A stretch of DNA of 64,000 nt from contig OY968769.1 of NCBI GenBank assembly GCA_963695345.1, forward strand, positions 1,408,001 through 1,472,000. The letters run 5' to 3'. This document shows positions 1 to 10,041 of this stretch, in pieces. Made by a program: the position numbers and the translations under genes. This DNA is from an uncultured Methanomassiliicoccales archaeon. GTDB taxonomy: Archaea > Thermoplasmatota > Thermoplasmata > Methanomassiliicoccales > UBA472. The notes beneath the pieces were generated by a model. The model saw only the letters and a list, made by a program, of their open reading frames with translations. It was not told where the DNA came from and ran no database searches. The first letter of the stretch is position 1; each line of letters begins with the position of its first letter.

Positions 1-22
1 AGGCCACTTCCCTGTTCTTCAT
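1..22 (-). CDS. 5' end of RPA-associated protein (partial, runs off window)
   Basis: ATG at 22 overlaps the rpa TGA (ATGA). Reads MKNREVA, matching the REVAxR N-terminus of archaeal RPA-associated OB proteins. Only 7 codons visible. Confidence 0.6.
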
Positions 23-1356
23 TGGAATCCCTCCATCTCAACGAGGAGGTGAGTAGCCTCTTCCTTCACATCGATAGGGGCGATCTTGGCATCAATGACG
101 ATCATCATGAGCCCGAACTCGTCGCTCATCACATTGCCGCGGACCAACAGGGGTTTCGCGAAGAGCTTCTCATCCATGTGCTCCTTGACCACCTCCATGT
201 TCATCGCTTCCCGTGCCTCTCTCATGCTGGCCTCAAGGGTCGTGCCGATCAGGGATTCGGTGATGCCGCGTCCCATGACCGCGGTGATCGCCGCCGTTCC
301 GTCGTCTATGACCGCCTTGATCCTCAGGTCTGGGATGCCCTCCACCTTTCCGTGGATGCGGCATGCGCCCTTTTGGACCACCCGCTTGCACTGGGGGCAG
401 CGGAAGATCAGCCCGCTCCCTTCCTTGATGTCCACGATGGTGCCTTCCACCAGCACGTCGGTCGCTCCGCCAACATGCTCGATGTCCTCCAGAGTCCGCT
501 TCTTGGGGCGGGACGCCTCCACGTCCGGCAGTAGGTCCTCCTTGAGATGCATGACCCCGGAACGTTCACCGAAGTTCAATTTCGGTACGCCTCTCCATCC
601 TTTCACGTACGCCCGGCTGATCGTGACGACCTCGTTGGGCTTAAGCCCGAAATCATGCCAAGCCGAATACTCGACCTTGCCGCTCTCGTCGGCCAGCATA
701 CCGGAGAAGACAACTTTCTTGATCCCGTTGGCCTCGACCTCCTTATTGTCAACGGACAATATCTTACCAGTTACCGTGACGTTGTTCATGCCGTCCTGAA
801 GTTCGGCCACCTTGACCGCATCGCCACCCGCAGAGGCAGCGGTCAGTACGACGCCGGCGTCGACCTTGACCTCGTCCTGCCGGCGGATCTCCGACGATGC
901 CCGGTTTCCAAGATTCACCTGTATCTTGCCCCCGAACTCCTTGGTGTACGCGTTATGCAGCATGAAGACCTCTCCGACCTTCAACGAGACCCGTTCCGTG
1001 TCCCACAGCGTGTACGGGACCGCTCCCGACTCGTCAGCCAGCATGCCATAGACGATCTGCTTCTTGCCGTTGTCCGTCTCTACTTCCTTGGGATTGGCGG
1101 ACATGACCTTGACCAGGAGATCGACGCTCCCTTCCGAGGGGCCTAGCTCAGCGACCTTTTTGCGCACGCCCCCTCGAGACAATGCGTTCGGGTCCCCTCC
1201 GAAGTTCTTGACGATGCTGCGTTTCGCAGTCTCCATCGAAACCCGGTAGACCTTGAGATAGGTCTCCATCTCTTCAACGATCTTCGACTCTTCCACTTTG
1301 TTTCCAAGCACCCGGGCTACTTCTTTGACGTGGGGTGCGATGTCTTCGTTTTCCAT
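19..1356 (-). CDS. rpa: Replication protein A / ssDNA-binding protein (multiple OB folds plus Zn finger)
   Basis: Repeated OB motifs (GMLADESG twice, AVIDDGT) and CPQC...CRIHG zinc finger. Start placed at ATG 1356 behind GGAGGT. Confidence 0.9.
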   Translation of the reverse strand: MENEDIAPHVKEVARVLGNKVEESKIVEEMETYLKVYRVSMETAKRSIVKNFGGDPNALSRGGVRKKVAELGPSEGSVDLLVKVMSANPKEVETDNGKKQIVYGMLADESGAVPYTLWDTERVSLKVGEVFMLHNAYTKEFGGKIQVNLGNRASSEIRRQDEVKVDAGVVLTAASAGGDAVKVAELQDGMNNVTVTGKILSVDNKEVEANGIKKVVFSGMLADESGKVEYSAWHDFGLKPNEVVTISRAYVKGWRGVPKLNFGERSGVMHLKEDLLPDVEASRPKKRTLEDIEHVGGATDVLVEGTIVDIKEGSGLIFRCPQCKRVVQKGACRIHGKVEGIPDLRIKAVIDDGTAAITAVMGRGITESLIGTTLEASMREAREAMNMEVVKEHMDEKLFAKPLLVRGNVMSDEFGLMMIVIDAKIAPIDVKEEATHLLVEMEGFQ

Positions 1357-1540
1357 TAGAATTACCTCCGTTACGGACAGTACCGGACTATTCCGGTGAC
1401 CCGACATCACGTTTTCCCTTAATTGCATTATTCATCGGCACACCGAAAGTGCCGATACAAAAATCAAAGGAAAACGGGCATCCAGTTCCTATGAACGACA
1501 GTATAAGAAGAACAAAAAGTGGTTTGTTAGAGAAGGCCGC

Positions 1541-2152
1541 TCACTCGGTGAACGTCTCGCCCTTCTCGTAAGCGTTCTTGAGGTGGTTCACCAGGGTCTC
1601 GCGGTTGTTCCGGAGGTGGGATTCGAACCATGCCATCACGACATCGCCCAATGCCGCGTGCATCTTTTCCATGTCGAACTCGGCCAGGGGGGCGTCATAG
1701 ATCACGAACTGACCGAAGATCCTCTTCCAGCCGTTGTACTTGTAGTAGTGCTCGCCCTCACAGTATACGAACACCATGCGGACATGCGGTGTGGAATCCA
1801 CGCTGTAATACCAGACCTTGATGGAATCTCCCATGCGGCCCTGGTTCTGGGTCATGTCCACGATCTGCATCGCGCCGACCGCTTCGAGGTCGAAAGCCGG
1901 GTTGAACTTCCAAACGTCTGGGAACTTGTCCTGTTCGAACTTGGCGAATTCGCTGTATGAAGGCTCCATGTTCAGCTGGACATTGATCTTGCCGAACCGG
2001 TTGACGATGTTCCAGAAATCCTGGATTAGCGCCTTGTTGATATTTGTCTTCTGATAGGTAATCTCCTCGCGGTCCTTCGAGATAGCCTCTGTCTTCCTCT
2101 GTAGTTCGGCATCCAATTGTGCGAACCATTCGTCCTTATCAGCAGGCGCCAT
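1541..2152 (-). CDS. Hypothetical soluble protein
   Basis: Long ORF with host-like codon usage from MAPADK (ATG 2152); no recognisable motif. Confidence 0.75.
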   Translation of the reverse strand: MAPADKDEWFAQLDAELQRKTEAISKDREEITYQKTNINKALIQDFWNIVNRFGKINVQLNMEPSYSEFAKFEQDKFPDVWKFNPAFDLEAVGAMQIVDMTQNQGRMGDSIKVWYYSVDSTPHVRMVFVYCEGEHYYKYNGWKRIFGQFVIYDAPLAEFDMEKMHAALGDVVMAWFESHLRNNRETLVNHLKNAYEKGETFTE

Positions 2153-2308
2153 AAGTGAATCCCTGAGACCGATAATTACCCTACCATGATAAAAAGATAT
2201 CTCCCTCATTGGGAAATCTGGATAGCATCCGAGGGAACCGCTGGGAGGATTATTATTCTGTTGTTCTGACACAAAGGTTTCTTCAGCATACTCGCATATA
2301 CGCTCTCA

Positions 2309-2821
2309 ATGGGGCTCGTTGAGGACTTCACGTCTTTTCTCATGGGTGTCGCCGGCGATCCTTTGTCATATTCGCTGCTGTTCTTTTTCTATGCCGTCGC
2401 GGCGGCGATAATTCTCCCAATTCCGATTGAGGTTGGGCTGTTGCTAAGCCCCAACACGCCGTGGTACCTTTTGGCCCTCGTCCTAGGGGCTGGAAAGGCC
2501 GTAGGTTCTGTCCTTGTTTTCAGGATAGGACTGGAGATCGAAGGTCCAATTCGCCGATGGTCACAGCGTTTTAGGATCTTTAGAAAGTTCATTGACCTTT
2601 GCGAACGTTTTGTGATTCGGTACAACTACTATGCCCTTTTTGTTCTTCTTTGCATACCTTTCAACAGCGATACAGCTGTCCTTTATGTTTTTTCGATCGT
2701 GAACAAGGACGGTGAGGCGATGAAGATGAAATGGTTCGCCCTCACCAATTTCATTGCCGGAATAACAAGGGCTTCGATCTTTGTTGGGCTGCTCTCTGTG
2801 GGCATCAACCTATTCGGCTAA
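2309..2821 (+). CDS. DedA/YqaA (VTT)-like membrane protein, copy 1
   Basis: Hydrophobic helices, LPIPIE and GKAVGS motifs; paralog of the next gene. Confidence 0.75.
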   Translation: MGLVEDFTSFLMGVAGDPLSYSLLFFFYAVAAAIILPIPIEVGLLLSPNTPWYLLALVLGAGKAVGSVLVFRIGLEIEGPIRRWSQRFRIFRKFIDLCERFVIRYNYYALFVLLCIPFNSDTAVLYVFSIVNKDGEAMKMKWFALTNFIAGITRASIFVGLLSVGINLFG

Positions 2822-2964
2822 CACAGAAGAAGCGGTATCGGTATTGCCATAATCCAATCCTCGGACAAGGTAGGTTGTGGTCCAATTGCCAGGCCGCTCA
2901 ATAGTTTCAGCCTCATGATTGAGGCACAAAGGTTTTTTAACGCATACCCGTGTCATCCACGCCT

Positions 2965-3480
2965 ATGGGAATCGTCGAAGACTTCATGTCAGTGCTTACT
3001 GGAGTTGCCGGCGATCCAGTCCTATATTCGGTGGTATTCTTCCTATACGCGGTCGCCGCGGCGATCATCCTGCCGATACCGGTGGAGTTCGGCCTGATAC
3101 TGAGCCCGCACACTCCCTGGTATGTGCTGGCGATCATTCTCGGAATCGGCAAAGCGGTCGGATCGCTGTTGGTGTTCAGGATAGGAATGGAGATCGAAGG
3201 TCCGGTGCGTCGTTGGTCCAAGCGCATTAAGTGGTTCGGCAAGTTCATCGATCTGTGCGAGCGGTTCGTGGCCCGCTACGGATACTACGCGCTCTACCTG
3301 TTGTTGAGCGTCCCATTCATGAGCGACACCGCCGTGCTTTACATATTTTCCATCACGAACAAGGAAGGCAAGGCATTGAAGATGAAATGGTTCGCCTTGG
3401 TGAACTTCCTGGCAGGGATAACGAGGGCGGTGTTACTGGTCACTCTCCTGTACATCTTCAACATCAATCTGTTCCAATGA
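2965..3480 (+). CDS. DedA/YqaA (VTT)-like membrane protein, copy 2
   Basis: Same motifs and collinear with copy 1; start MGIVEDF aligns with MGLVEDF. Confidence 0.8.
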   Translation: MGIVEDFMSVLTGVAGDPVLYSVVFFLYAVAAAIILPIPVEFGLILSPHTPWYVLAIILGIGKAVGSLLVFRIGMEIEGPVRRWSKRIKWFGKFIDLCERFVARYGYYALYLLLSVPFMSDTAVLYIFSITNKEGKALKMKWFALVNFLAGITRAVLLVTLLYIFNINLFQ

Positions 3481-3563
3481 GCCCAGCCGATTGGCTGGTG
3501 CGACCTACAGGCTGAGCCGTAGGTAATGGAAATGTTTATATGAATAAGACAAATTCTAAGTTA

Positions 3564-4634
3564 ATGGTTCCCAAGAGCAAGATTCACAAGATTCTCAGCG
3601 AGTACGACAAGGACAAGATTACCATCGCCACCTTGTGCTCTCACTCCTCTCTCCAGATTTTCAATGGTGCGAAGAAGGAGGGATTCAAGACCCTGGGTCT
3701 TGCCATACGGGATAACAATCGTTTTTACGACGCTTTCCCGCTGGCCAAGCCTGACGAGATCCTCAAGCTCAACAGCTACAGCGAGCTGGTGGACAACTAC
3801 GACGAGTTCCTGGCCAGGAACGTCATCGTCGTCCCTCACGGCTCCTTCGTGGAGTACATGAGCGCGAGCAAGTTCGAGGAGATGCCCATCCCCACCTTCG
3901 GAAACCGCAAGGTGCTGGCATGGGAGTCGGACCGCAGCAAGATGAGAGAGTGGCTGGAATCTGCGGGCATATCCATGCCCCGGGTGATCGAGGACCCCAA
4001 AACGATCGACCGGCCAGTGCTGGTCAAGTACAACGGCGCCAAGGGCGGCCGTGGGTTCTTCATCGCCAAGGACTATCCGGACTTCAAGCTGGGCATCGAC
4101 CTTGAGCAGCCTTACACCATCCAGGAGTATGTCCTGGGCACCAGGTACTATCTGCACTTCTTCTACTCGCCGATCAAGACGGACGGTTACCGCGTCTCCG
4201 AAGGCTCCGTCGAGCTGATGTCGATGGACCGTCGCGACGAATCGAACGTGGATGAGATGTACAAGCTGGGCGCGGCCGAGGAGCTCAAGAGGCTTGGTTA
4301 CTATCCGACCTTCGTCGTCACCGGCAACGTGTCGGTGGTGCTACGCGAGTCCCTCCTGCCGAAGGTGTTCGAGATGGGCGAAAGGGTCATCCAGCGCTCC
4401 TACGAATTGTTCGGCGGCATGATCGGGCCGTTCTGCCTGGAGTCGATCGTCACCGACAAGCTCGAGTTCAAGGTGTTCGAGATATCGTCCCGGATAGTGG
4501 CCGGTTCGAACCCGTTCGTGTCCGGTTCCCCCTACTCGGACCTGGTCGAGCCAGAGATGAGCACCGGCAGGCGCATCAGCCGGGAGATCAAGATGGCGAG
4601 GGACACCAACACCCTCGAAAAAGTGATCTCATGA
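3564..4634 (+). CDS. purP: Formate-dependent AICAR formyltransferase (FAICAR synthetase), ATP-grasp
   Basis: IATLCSHSSLQI, VPHGSF, GAKGGRGFF, FEISSRIVAGSN and MSTGRRI motifs. Confidence 0.93.
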   Translation: MVPKSKIHKILSEYDKDKITIATLCSHSSLQIFNGAKKEGFKTLGLAIRDNNRFYDAFPLAKPDEILKLNSYSELVDNYDEFLARNVIVVPHGSFVEYMSASKFEEMPIPTFGNRKVLAWESDRSKMREWLESAGISMPRVIEDPKTIDRPVLVKYNGAKGGRGFFIAKDYPDFKLGIDLEQPYTIQEYVLGTRYYLHFFYSPIKTDGYRVSEGSVELMSMDRRDESNVDEMYKLGAAEELKRLGYYPTFVVTGNVSVVLRESLLPKVFEMGERVIQRSYELFGGMIGPFCLESIVTDKLEFKVFEISSRIVAGSNPFVSGSPYSDLVEPEMSTGRRISREIKMARDTNTLEKVIS

Positions 4635-5263
4635 GGGTAACGATACTGCTGGTCGATTCGGAACTGGAAAGGATACCTGAAGGTGTCCATCCCGAACCGC
4701 GCTGCGACATCAACACGAAGGTGCTGGACTCATACCTCCATAAGGATGTGCTATCTAAGTTGCCGGAGGGAAACAGGAGAGGGCGCCCGGACATGATCCA
4801 CGGTTTCCTCAACCTGTGTCAGAGTTCCATCGCGAACAAACGCGGTTATCTCCGCGTCTTCGTACATACAAGGAACGACGAGATATTGACCATAGGGCGC
4901 AAGGCGCACGTGCCCCAGAACTACCTTGAGTACCTGGGTTTCATGGACGAGCTTCTGGAGAAGGGAAGGATCGGTTCCGGAGAGGAGGAGATATCGATGT
5001 CGAAGGGAACCTACCTGGAACTTATGGACCGGATAAACGTCGACGTCACGGTCGTGATGTCCCCGGAGGGCCGGCTTACTCCGCTCAGGGATCTGCTGCC
5101 GGCAACCGGCGCGGAAGAGGCCGCCGTGGTGATCGGCGGTTTCCCTGATGGCACCTTCAAGAGCCCGGTCTATGATCTGGCCGATTATAAGATCTCCCTG
5201 GGGCCGGAACTGCTCACCATAACCGCGGTGGGGAGCGAAGTACTGGCGAGCATTCCTCGGTGA
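4631..5263 (+). CDS. nep1: 16S rRNA pseudouridine N1-methyltransferase Nep1/EMG1 (SPOUT)
   Basis: LDSYLH, RGRPDMIH, VFVHTRND and IGGFPDG motifs; ATGA overlap with purP. Confidence 0.85.
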   Translation: MRVTILLVDSELERIPEGVHPEPRCDINTKVLDSYLHKDVLSKLPEGNRRGRPDMIHGFLNLCQSSIANKRGYLRVFVHTRNDEILTIGRKAHVPQNYLEYLGFMDELLEKGRIGSGEEEISMSKGTYLELMDRINVDVTVVMSPEGRLTPLRDLLPATGAEEAAVVIGGFPDGTFKSPVYDLADYKISLGPELLTITAVGSEVLASIPR

Positions 5264-5478
5264 ATTTTCCGCCGATTGCGGGAATATCATACCGATCGAA
5301 GATGACCGTTCCATCGCATCCTTGACGGCTTATTTTCCCTTCTGCTATTCATTCGTATTTCGATGGCATCGATCAAGAACGGATCCCATCAAATCGGTAC
5401 TCGGTGTCAGGTCGGACCTGGCGCATAAAATGGTGATGACCAGGCATTGGGAAATTAAAATGTTTAATGGATTGGGGC

Positions 5479-6387
5479 TTACCAGCCCCGCTCCTGCATC
5501 CTTTCTTCTGGTTTGATGGTGGAGATCTCGATGCCCTTCATCGCCTCCCCCAGTCCTTTCGAGACCTCTGCGATGACCTTAGGGTCGTCGAAGTTGGTGA
5601 CGGCGTCCACTATCGCCTTTGCCATCTCGGCCGGGTTCTTCGATTTGAATATGCCCGATCCGACGAACACGCCATCGGTCCCGAGCTGCATCATGAGCGC
5701 AGCGTCGGAAGGTGTCGCGATGCCACCAGCGGCGAAATTGATGACCGGCAGCCGCTGTATCCCGGCGACCTCTTTCACCAGGTAGATGGGGGCCTCGATC
5801 TTCCGAGCCACGGCTACCAGCTCGGTCTCGTCCTTTCCTCTCAGCTCACGGATCTGACCCATCACCATGCGCTGGTGCCTGACCGCCTCGATGACGTTGC
5901 CAGTGCCCGGCTCGCCCTTGGTGCGTATCATGGCCGCCCCTTCGTCAATGCGCCTTAGCGCTTCACCCAGGTCCCTGGCCCCGCAAACGAACGGAACGGT
6001 GAACTTCTTCTTGTCAACGTGGAAGAACGGGTCCGCCGGTGTGAGCACCTCCGACTCGTCGATCATGTCGACGTTCAGTGTCTCCAGCACCTGGGCCTCA
6101 ACGAAATGGCCGATGCGGCACTTCGCCATTACCGGGATGGTGACGGCTTCCATGATCTCCTGTATCTTGACCGGGTCCGCCATGCGGGCGACCCCGCCCT
6201 GGGCCCTGATATCGGATGGAACGCGCTCGAGCGCCATGACAGCCACGGCTCCCGCTTCCTCGGCGATTCCCGCCTGTTCGGCGTTCGTCACGTCCATGAC
6301 GACCCCGCCCTGTTGCATCTTCGCGAATCCTCTCTTGACCAGCTCCGTGCCGAAGCGGAGCTTGCTGAGGTCCAAATCGAATACCAT
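5479..6387 (-). CDS. pdxS: Pyridoxal 5'-phosphate synthase lyase subunit
   Basis: [42 protein letters not shown] and terminal MQERGW. Confidence 0.97.
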   Translation of the reverse strand: MVFDLDLSKLRFGTELVKRGFAKMQQGGVVMDVTNAEQAGIAEEAGAVAVMALERVPSDIRAQGGVARMADPVKIQEIMEAVTIPVMAKCRIGHFVEAQVLETLNVDMIDESEVLTPADPFFHVDKKKFTVPFVCGARDLGEALRRIDEGAAMIRTKGEPGTGNVIEAVRHQRMVMGQIRELRGKDETELVAVARKIEAPIYLVKEVAGIQRLPVINFAAGGIATPSDAALMMQLGTDGVFVGSGIFKSKNPAEMAKAIVDAVTNFDDPKVIAEVSKGLGEAMKGIEISTIKPEERMQERGW

Positions 6388-6534
6388 TTTATCTCACTGA
6401 GGCGGCTTAGTATTGGAACCTTATATATGCCTTATTGTCGCACTTATTCACAATAGTTACCTTTGCTCTGGGTCACCAAATGATCCGAGTTGGGCGAGAA
6501 AAGGATATAGCCCTCATGCGCGTTTGACGGTCCA

Positions 6535-7692
6535 ATGGTCGCCAAAAGGATGAGCAACGTCCCCGAGTCCGGAACGGTCAAGATGGGCAATCTGGTCAGC
6601 AGGTTGAAGGCGGAGGGTGCGGACATCATCTCATTCAACATTGGGGAGCCCGATTTCAATACGCCGGCGAACATCACCGATGCATGCGTCCGGGGTCTGG
6701 GGGAGAATTTCACCCACTACACCCCATCTGCCGGCATCCCCGAGCTGAGAAAGGCAGTGGCCGACCGTTTGAAGAAGAACAATCACATCCCTTGCAAGGA
6801 CAAGCACGTCCTGATCACACCGACCAAACAGGCCATCTTCATGACCATGCTGGCCATGGTGGAGGAGGGCGACGAGGTCATCGTGCCCGACCCGGAATGG
6901 GGAACGTTCGACGCCTGCGCCCGATTGGCTGGGGCAACGGTTAAGCACGCTACCCTCGACCCTGACGAGCAATACCGGATGACGCCGGAAAGGGTCATGG
7001 CGCACGTCACTCCCAGGACCAAGCTCATCGTCATGAACTCCCCCTCCAATCCTTGCGGCGCGGTCCTGAACGAGTCCGACGTCAAAGGGATCGCGGATAT
7101 CGCCAAGGACCACGACATCGCCGTGCTCACGGACGAGATCTACGAGAGGCTCATCTTCGAGGGAAAGAACCATTCCATTGCCGCGGTGCCGGGGATGTTC
7201 GAGAGAACGATCACCATCGGCGGGACGTCCAAGACCTACGCCATGACCGGCTGGCGCCTGGGATGGGCGGTGGCACCGGACCCGATATTCAAAGAGCTGA
7301 ACAAGCTCCAGACCCAATCGATCACCTGCGTCACCTCGTTCGTCCAATACGCTGGGGTGGAGGCCCTGAACGGACCGCAGGACTCGGTGGACGAGATGTT
7401 CATGGAGTTCAAGGCCCGCAGGGACCTCATCTATGAGCTGTTGTCAGACATCCCTTCGCTGCATTGCGAGAAACCCAAGGGGGCGTTCTATCTTTTCCCT
7501 TCCTTTGACCAGAAGATGAGCTCGGAGGACATGGCCACCTATTTGCTGGAAGAGGCACATGTGGCGGTAACTCCCGGCGTAGCCTTCGGACCGGCGGGCG
7601 AGGGCAAGATAAGGATATCCTATGCCGCCAGCAGGGACGAGATATCCGAAGGCATGGATCGGATCCGTAAGGCACTGGCCAAGCTTGGATGA
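6535..7692 (+). CDS. aspC: PLP-dependent class I/II (aspartate) aminotransferase
   Basis: GEPDF, NSPSNPCG, DEIY and SKTYAMTGWRLG motifs. Confidence 0.9.
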   Translation: MVAKRMSNVPESGTVKMGNLVSRLKAEGADIISFNIGEPDFNTPANITDACVRGLGENFTHYTPSAGIPELRKAVADRLKKNNHIPCKDKHVLITPTKQAIFMTMLAMVEEGDEVIVPDPEWGTFDACARLAGATVKHATLDPDEQYRMTPERVMAHVTPRTKLIVMNSPSNPCGAVLNESDVKGIADIAKDHDIAVLTDEIYERLIFEGKNHSIAAVPGMFERTITIGGTSKTYAMTGWRLGWAVAPDPIFKELNKLQTQSITCVTSFVQYAGVEALNGPQDSVDEMFMEFKARRDLIYELLSDIPSLHCEKPKGAFYLFPSFDQKMSSEDMATYLLEEAHVAVTPGVAFGPAGEGKIRISYAASRDEISEGMDRIRKALAKLG

Positions 7693-7693
7693 C

Positions 7694-7870
7694 TCAATCC
7701 TTGACCAGCATGTTGGGGATCGATCTCTCGATCGGATAGATTCTACCGCATTTGGGGCACTTAAGCTTGCCCTGAACGATCTCCTTGCCCTCTTCCATCT
7801 CTACCGTCAATTCCAGCGGGTGCGCCTTGCAGGCCGGGCAGGCCAATATGTCCAGCAGGTCTCGTTTCAT
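7694..7870 (-). CDS. Trm112-family methyltransferase activator
   Basis: LLDILACPAC...L.CPKCGRIYPI...IPNML. Confidence 0.88.
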   Translation of the reverse strand: MKRDLLDILACPACKAHPLELTVEMEEGKEIVQGKLKCPKCGRIYPIERSIPNMLVKD

Positions 7871-7960
7871 GAGGATCCGATATCTCATGCCCGATTGAGT
7901 ATATTTTACTCGTCACTGCAATCGGACAGATTTTATAAACCGACCGCTTTCCTGTCATCC

Positions 7961-8935
7961 ATGATGAAGGTGGGGGTGATCGGCGTTGGGGCCATGGGTC
8001 AGAACCACGCCAGGGTCTATTCCGAGATCGCGGAGTTGGTCGGGGTCACCGATGCAATCTCAGAACAGGCCACCAAAATTGCTGCCAGGCTCGGGACGAA
8101 GGCATATTCCAGTGTTGACGACCTCCTTGACGAGGTTGATGCGGTCAGCATATGCACGCCAACCTCATACCATTTCGACACCGCCATGAAGGCGATATCC
8201 AAAGGTAAGCATCTGCTGGTGGAAAAGCCGTTCACCGGCGATTCAGAGAAGGCCGCCGAGCTTTGCAGGGTCGCAGAGGAGAACGGCATCACCATCGCGT
8301 CCGGTTTCATCGAGCGCTGCAATCCCATCGTATCGGTGGCGAAGGAGACCCTGGGGTCGGGCAAGATCGGCAAGATCATTTCACTGGCGTCCCGTCGGGT
8401 CTCATCATTCCCGGCAAGGATAAGGGACGTGGGGGTGGTCATGGACCTCGGGATCCATGATGTCGATGTGATGAGGCACATAACATCCTCGAACGTTAGA
8501 TCGGTCTATGCCGTCGGCGGCAAGTTCGCGAACCCTTCGTTCGAGGATTACGCCAATCTGCTCATGGAGTTCGAGAACGATGCCATAGGATTCCTGGAGG
8601 TTAACTGGCTGACCCCGATGAAGGTCCGTAAGGTCTCGTTCACCTGCTCCGGTGGATTTGTCCAGATGGACTACACCGACCAGAGCCTCGAGGTCTCCAC
8701 ATCCAAGATCGGGAACATCGATCAGAGCGACATGTTCCGCATACCGCTGGAATACGACGTGAGGAAGATCAGCGTCAAGAAGGAGGAGCCGTTGAAGACG
8801 GAATTGACACAATTCCTGGAGGCGGCCGAACATGGCGGAACGCCGGCGGCGGGCGGCGCCGATGCGGTACAGAACCTGAAGGTCTGCGAAGCGGCCTTAA
8901 CATCACTGAAGACCCACAGCAAGGTAATGGTCTGA
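7961..8935 (+). CDS. Gfo/Idh/MocA oxidoreductase (UDP-GlcNAc(A) 3-dehydrogenase-like)
   Basis: GVIGVGAMG, LVEKP and DLGIHD motifs. Confidence 0.88.
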   Translation: MMKVGVIGVGAMGQNHARVYSEIAELVGVTDAISEQATKIAARLGTKAYSSVDDLLDEVDAVSICTPTSYHFDTAMKAISKGKHLLVEKPFTGDSEKAAELCRVAEENGITIASGFIERCNPIVSVAKETLGSGKIGKIISLASRRVSSFPARIRDVGVVMDLGIHDVDVMRHITSSNVRSVYAVGGKFANPSFEDYANLLMEFENDAIGFLEVNWLTPMKVRKVSFTCSGGFVQMDYTDQSLEVSTSKIGNIDQSDMFRIPLEYDVRKISVKKEEPLKTELTQFLEAAEHGGTPAAGGADAVQNLKVCEAALTSLKTHSKVMV

Positions 8936-9006
8936 ACTATCGTTAACGCCATTGTCGCTATTTCCGCTAGGTATAAATCAGCCATCGCAATGGTTAGCCG
9001 AGCGCT

Positions 9007-10041
9007 ATGAAGACCATTGATCTGCGAAGCGATACCGTCACCCTGCCCTCGAAGGAAATGTTAGATTCCATATCCAGGGCTGGACTGGGAGACGACGTGG
9101 AGCGCGAGGATCCGACGGTCAATGAGCTGCAGGACCTGGCGGCCAAGATGTTCGGGGCGGAGGACGCCCTGCTGGTCCCTTCCGGCACCGGCGGCAATCT
9201 CATTGCCATGCTGGCGCATTGTCAACGAGGGGACGAGATAATACTTGAGCAGGAATCTCACATGTATTATTACGAGGTCGGGGGAATGTCTGCGCTGGTA
9301 GGTGCCATACCCCGGCTCTTGCCAGGACGTCACGGGGTTTTCACCGGCGATCAGGTCCGCGATGCGGTCCGCTGTTCTGACCCCCTGCACTATCCGCCGT
9401 CAAAACTGGTGGAGATCGAGAACACCCATAACCGGGCGGGCGGGTGCGTATGGACTCCCCATCAGATCGAGGATGTGGCCAATGCCGCCCACGAACTGGG
9501 GATGAAGGTGCACGTTGACGGTGCCAGGATATTTAATGCCGCCATCGCGCTGGACACCGATCCAAAAGAGTTCATGAGGCACGTCGACAGCCTGGATTTC
9601 TGTCTCTCCAAGGGCTTGGCCGCCCCGGTAGGCTCGGTCATGCTGGGGACCAGGGAGTACATCGAAAGCTGCCGCCGCTACCGGAAAATGATAGGCGGCG
9701 GGATGAGGCAGGCGGGCATCATTGCGGCGCCCGGTATAGTCGCTTTGACCAAGATGGTGACCCGATTGAAGGAGGACCACGTCAACGCTAGGAGGCTGGC
9801 CATGGCCCTGATCGGGTTTGACGGCATCGACATCGACATGGAAACGGTGCAGACCAACCTGGTGATCGCGAACATCTCCGGCACCGGCCTGAACTCGGAC
9901 CAGTTCGTGGAGAGATGCCGGCAGAACGGCATCCTGATATTCTCGTTCGGCCCTCAAAGCGTCCGGTTCGTGACCCACTATGGCATAGAATCCAACGACA
10001 TCAACGAGACCATCTCGCGGCTGGAGTCGATGCTCAGATAG
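9007..10041 (+). CDS. ltaE: Low-specificity L-threonine aldolase
   Basis: IDLRSDTVT, ENTHN, HVDGARIFNA, CLSKGL and GGGMRQAG motifs. Confidence 0.93.
   Translation: MKTIDLRSDTVTLPSKEMLDSISRAGLGDDVEREDPTVNELQDLAAKMFGAEDALLVPSGTGGNLIAMLAHCQRGDEIILEQESHMYYYEVGGMSALVGAIPRLLPGRHGVFTGDQVRDAVRCSDPLHYPPSKLVEIENTHNRAGGCVWTPHQIEDVANAAHELGMKVHVDGARIFNAAIALDTDPKEFMRHVDSLDFCLSKGLAAPVGSVMLGTREYIESCRRYRKMIGGGMRQAGIIAAPGIVALTKMVTRLKEDHVNARRLAMALIGFDGIDIDMETVQTNLVIANISGTGLNSDQFVERCRQNGILIFSFGPQSVRFVTHYGIESNDINETISRLESMLR

Noticed and set aside
5479-6387. pdxS without an adjacent pdxT
   Set aside because: The two genes are often unlinked in archaea, and absence cannot be judged from one window.
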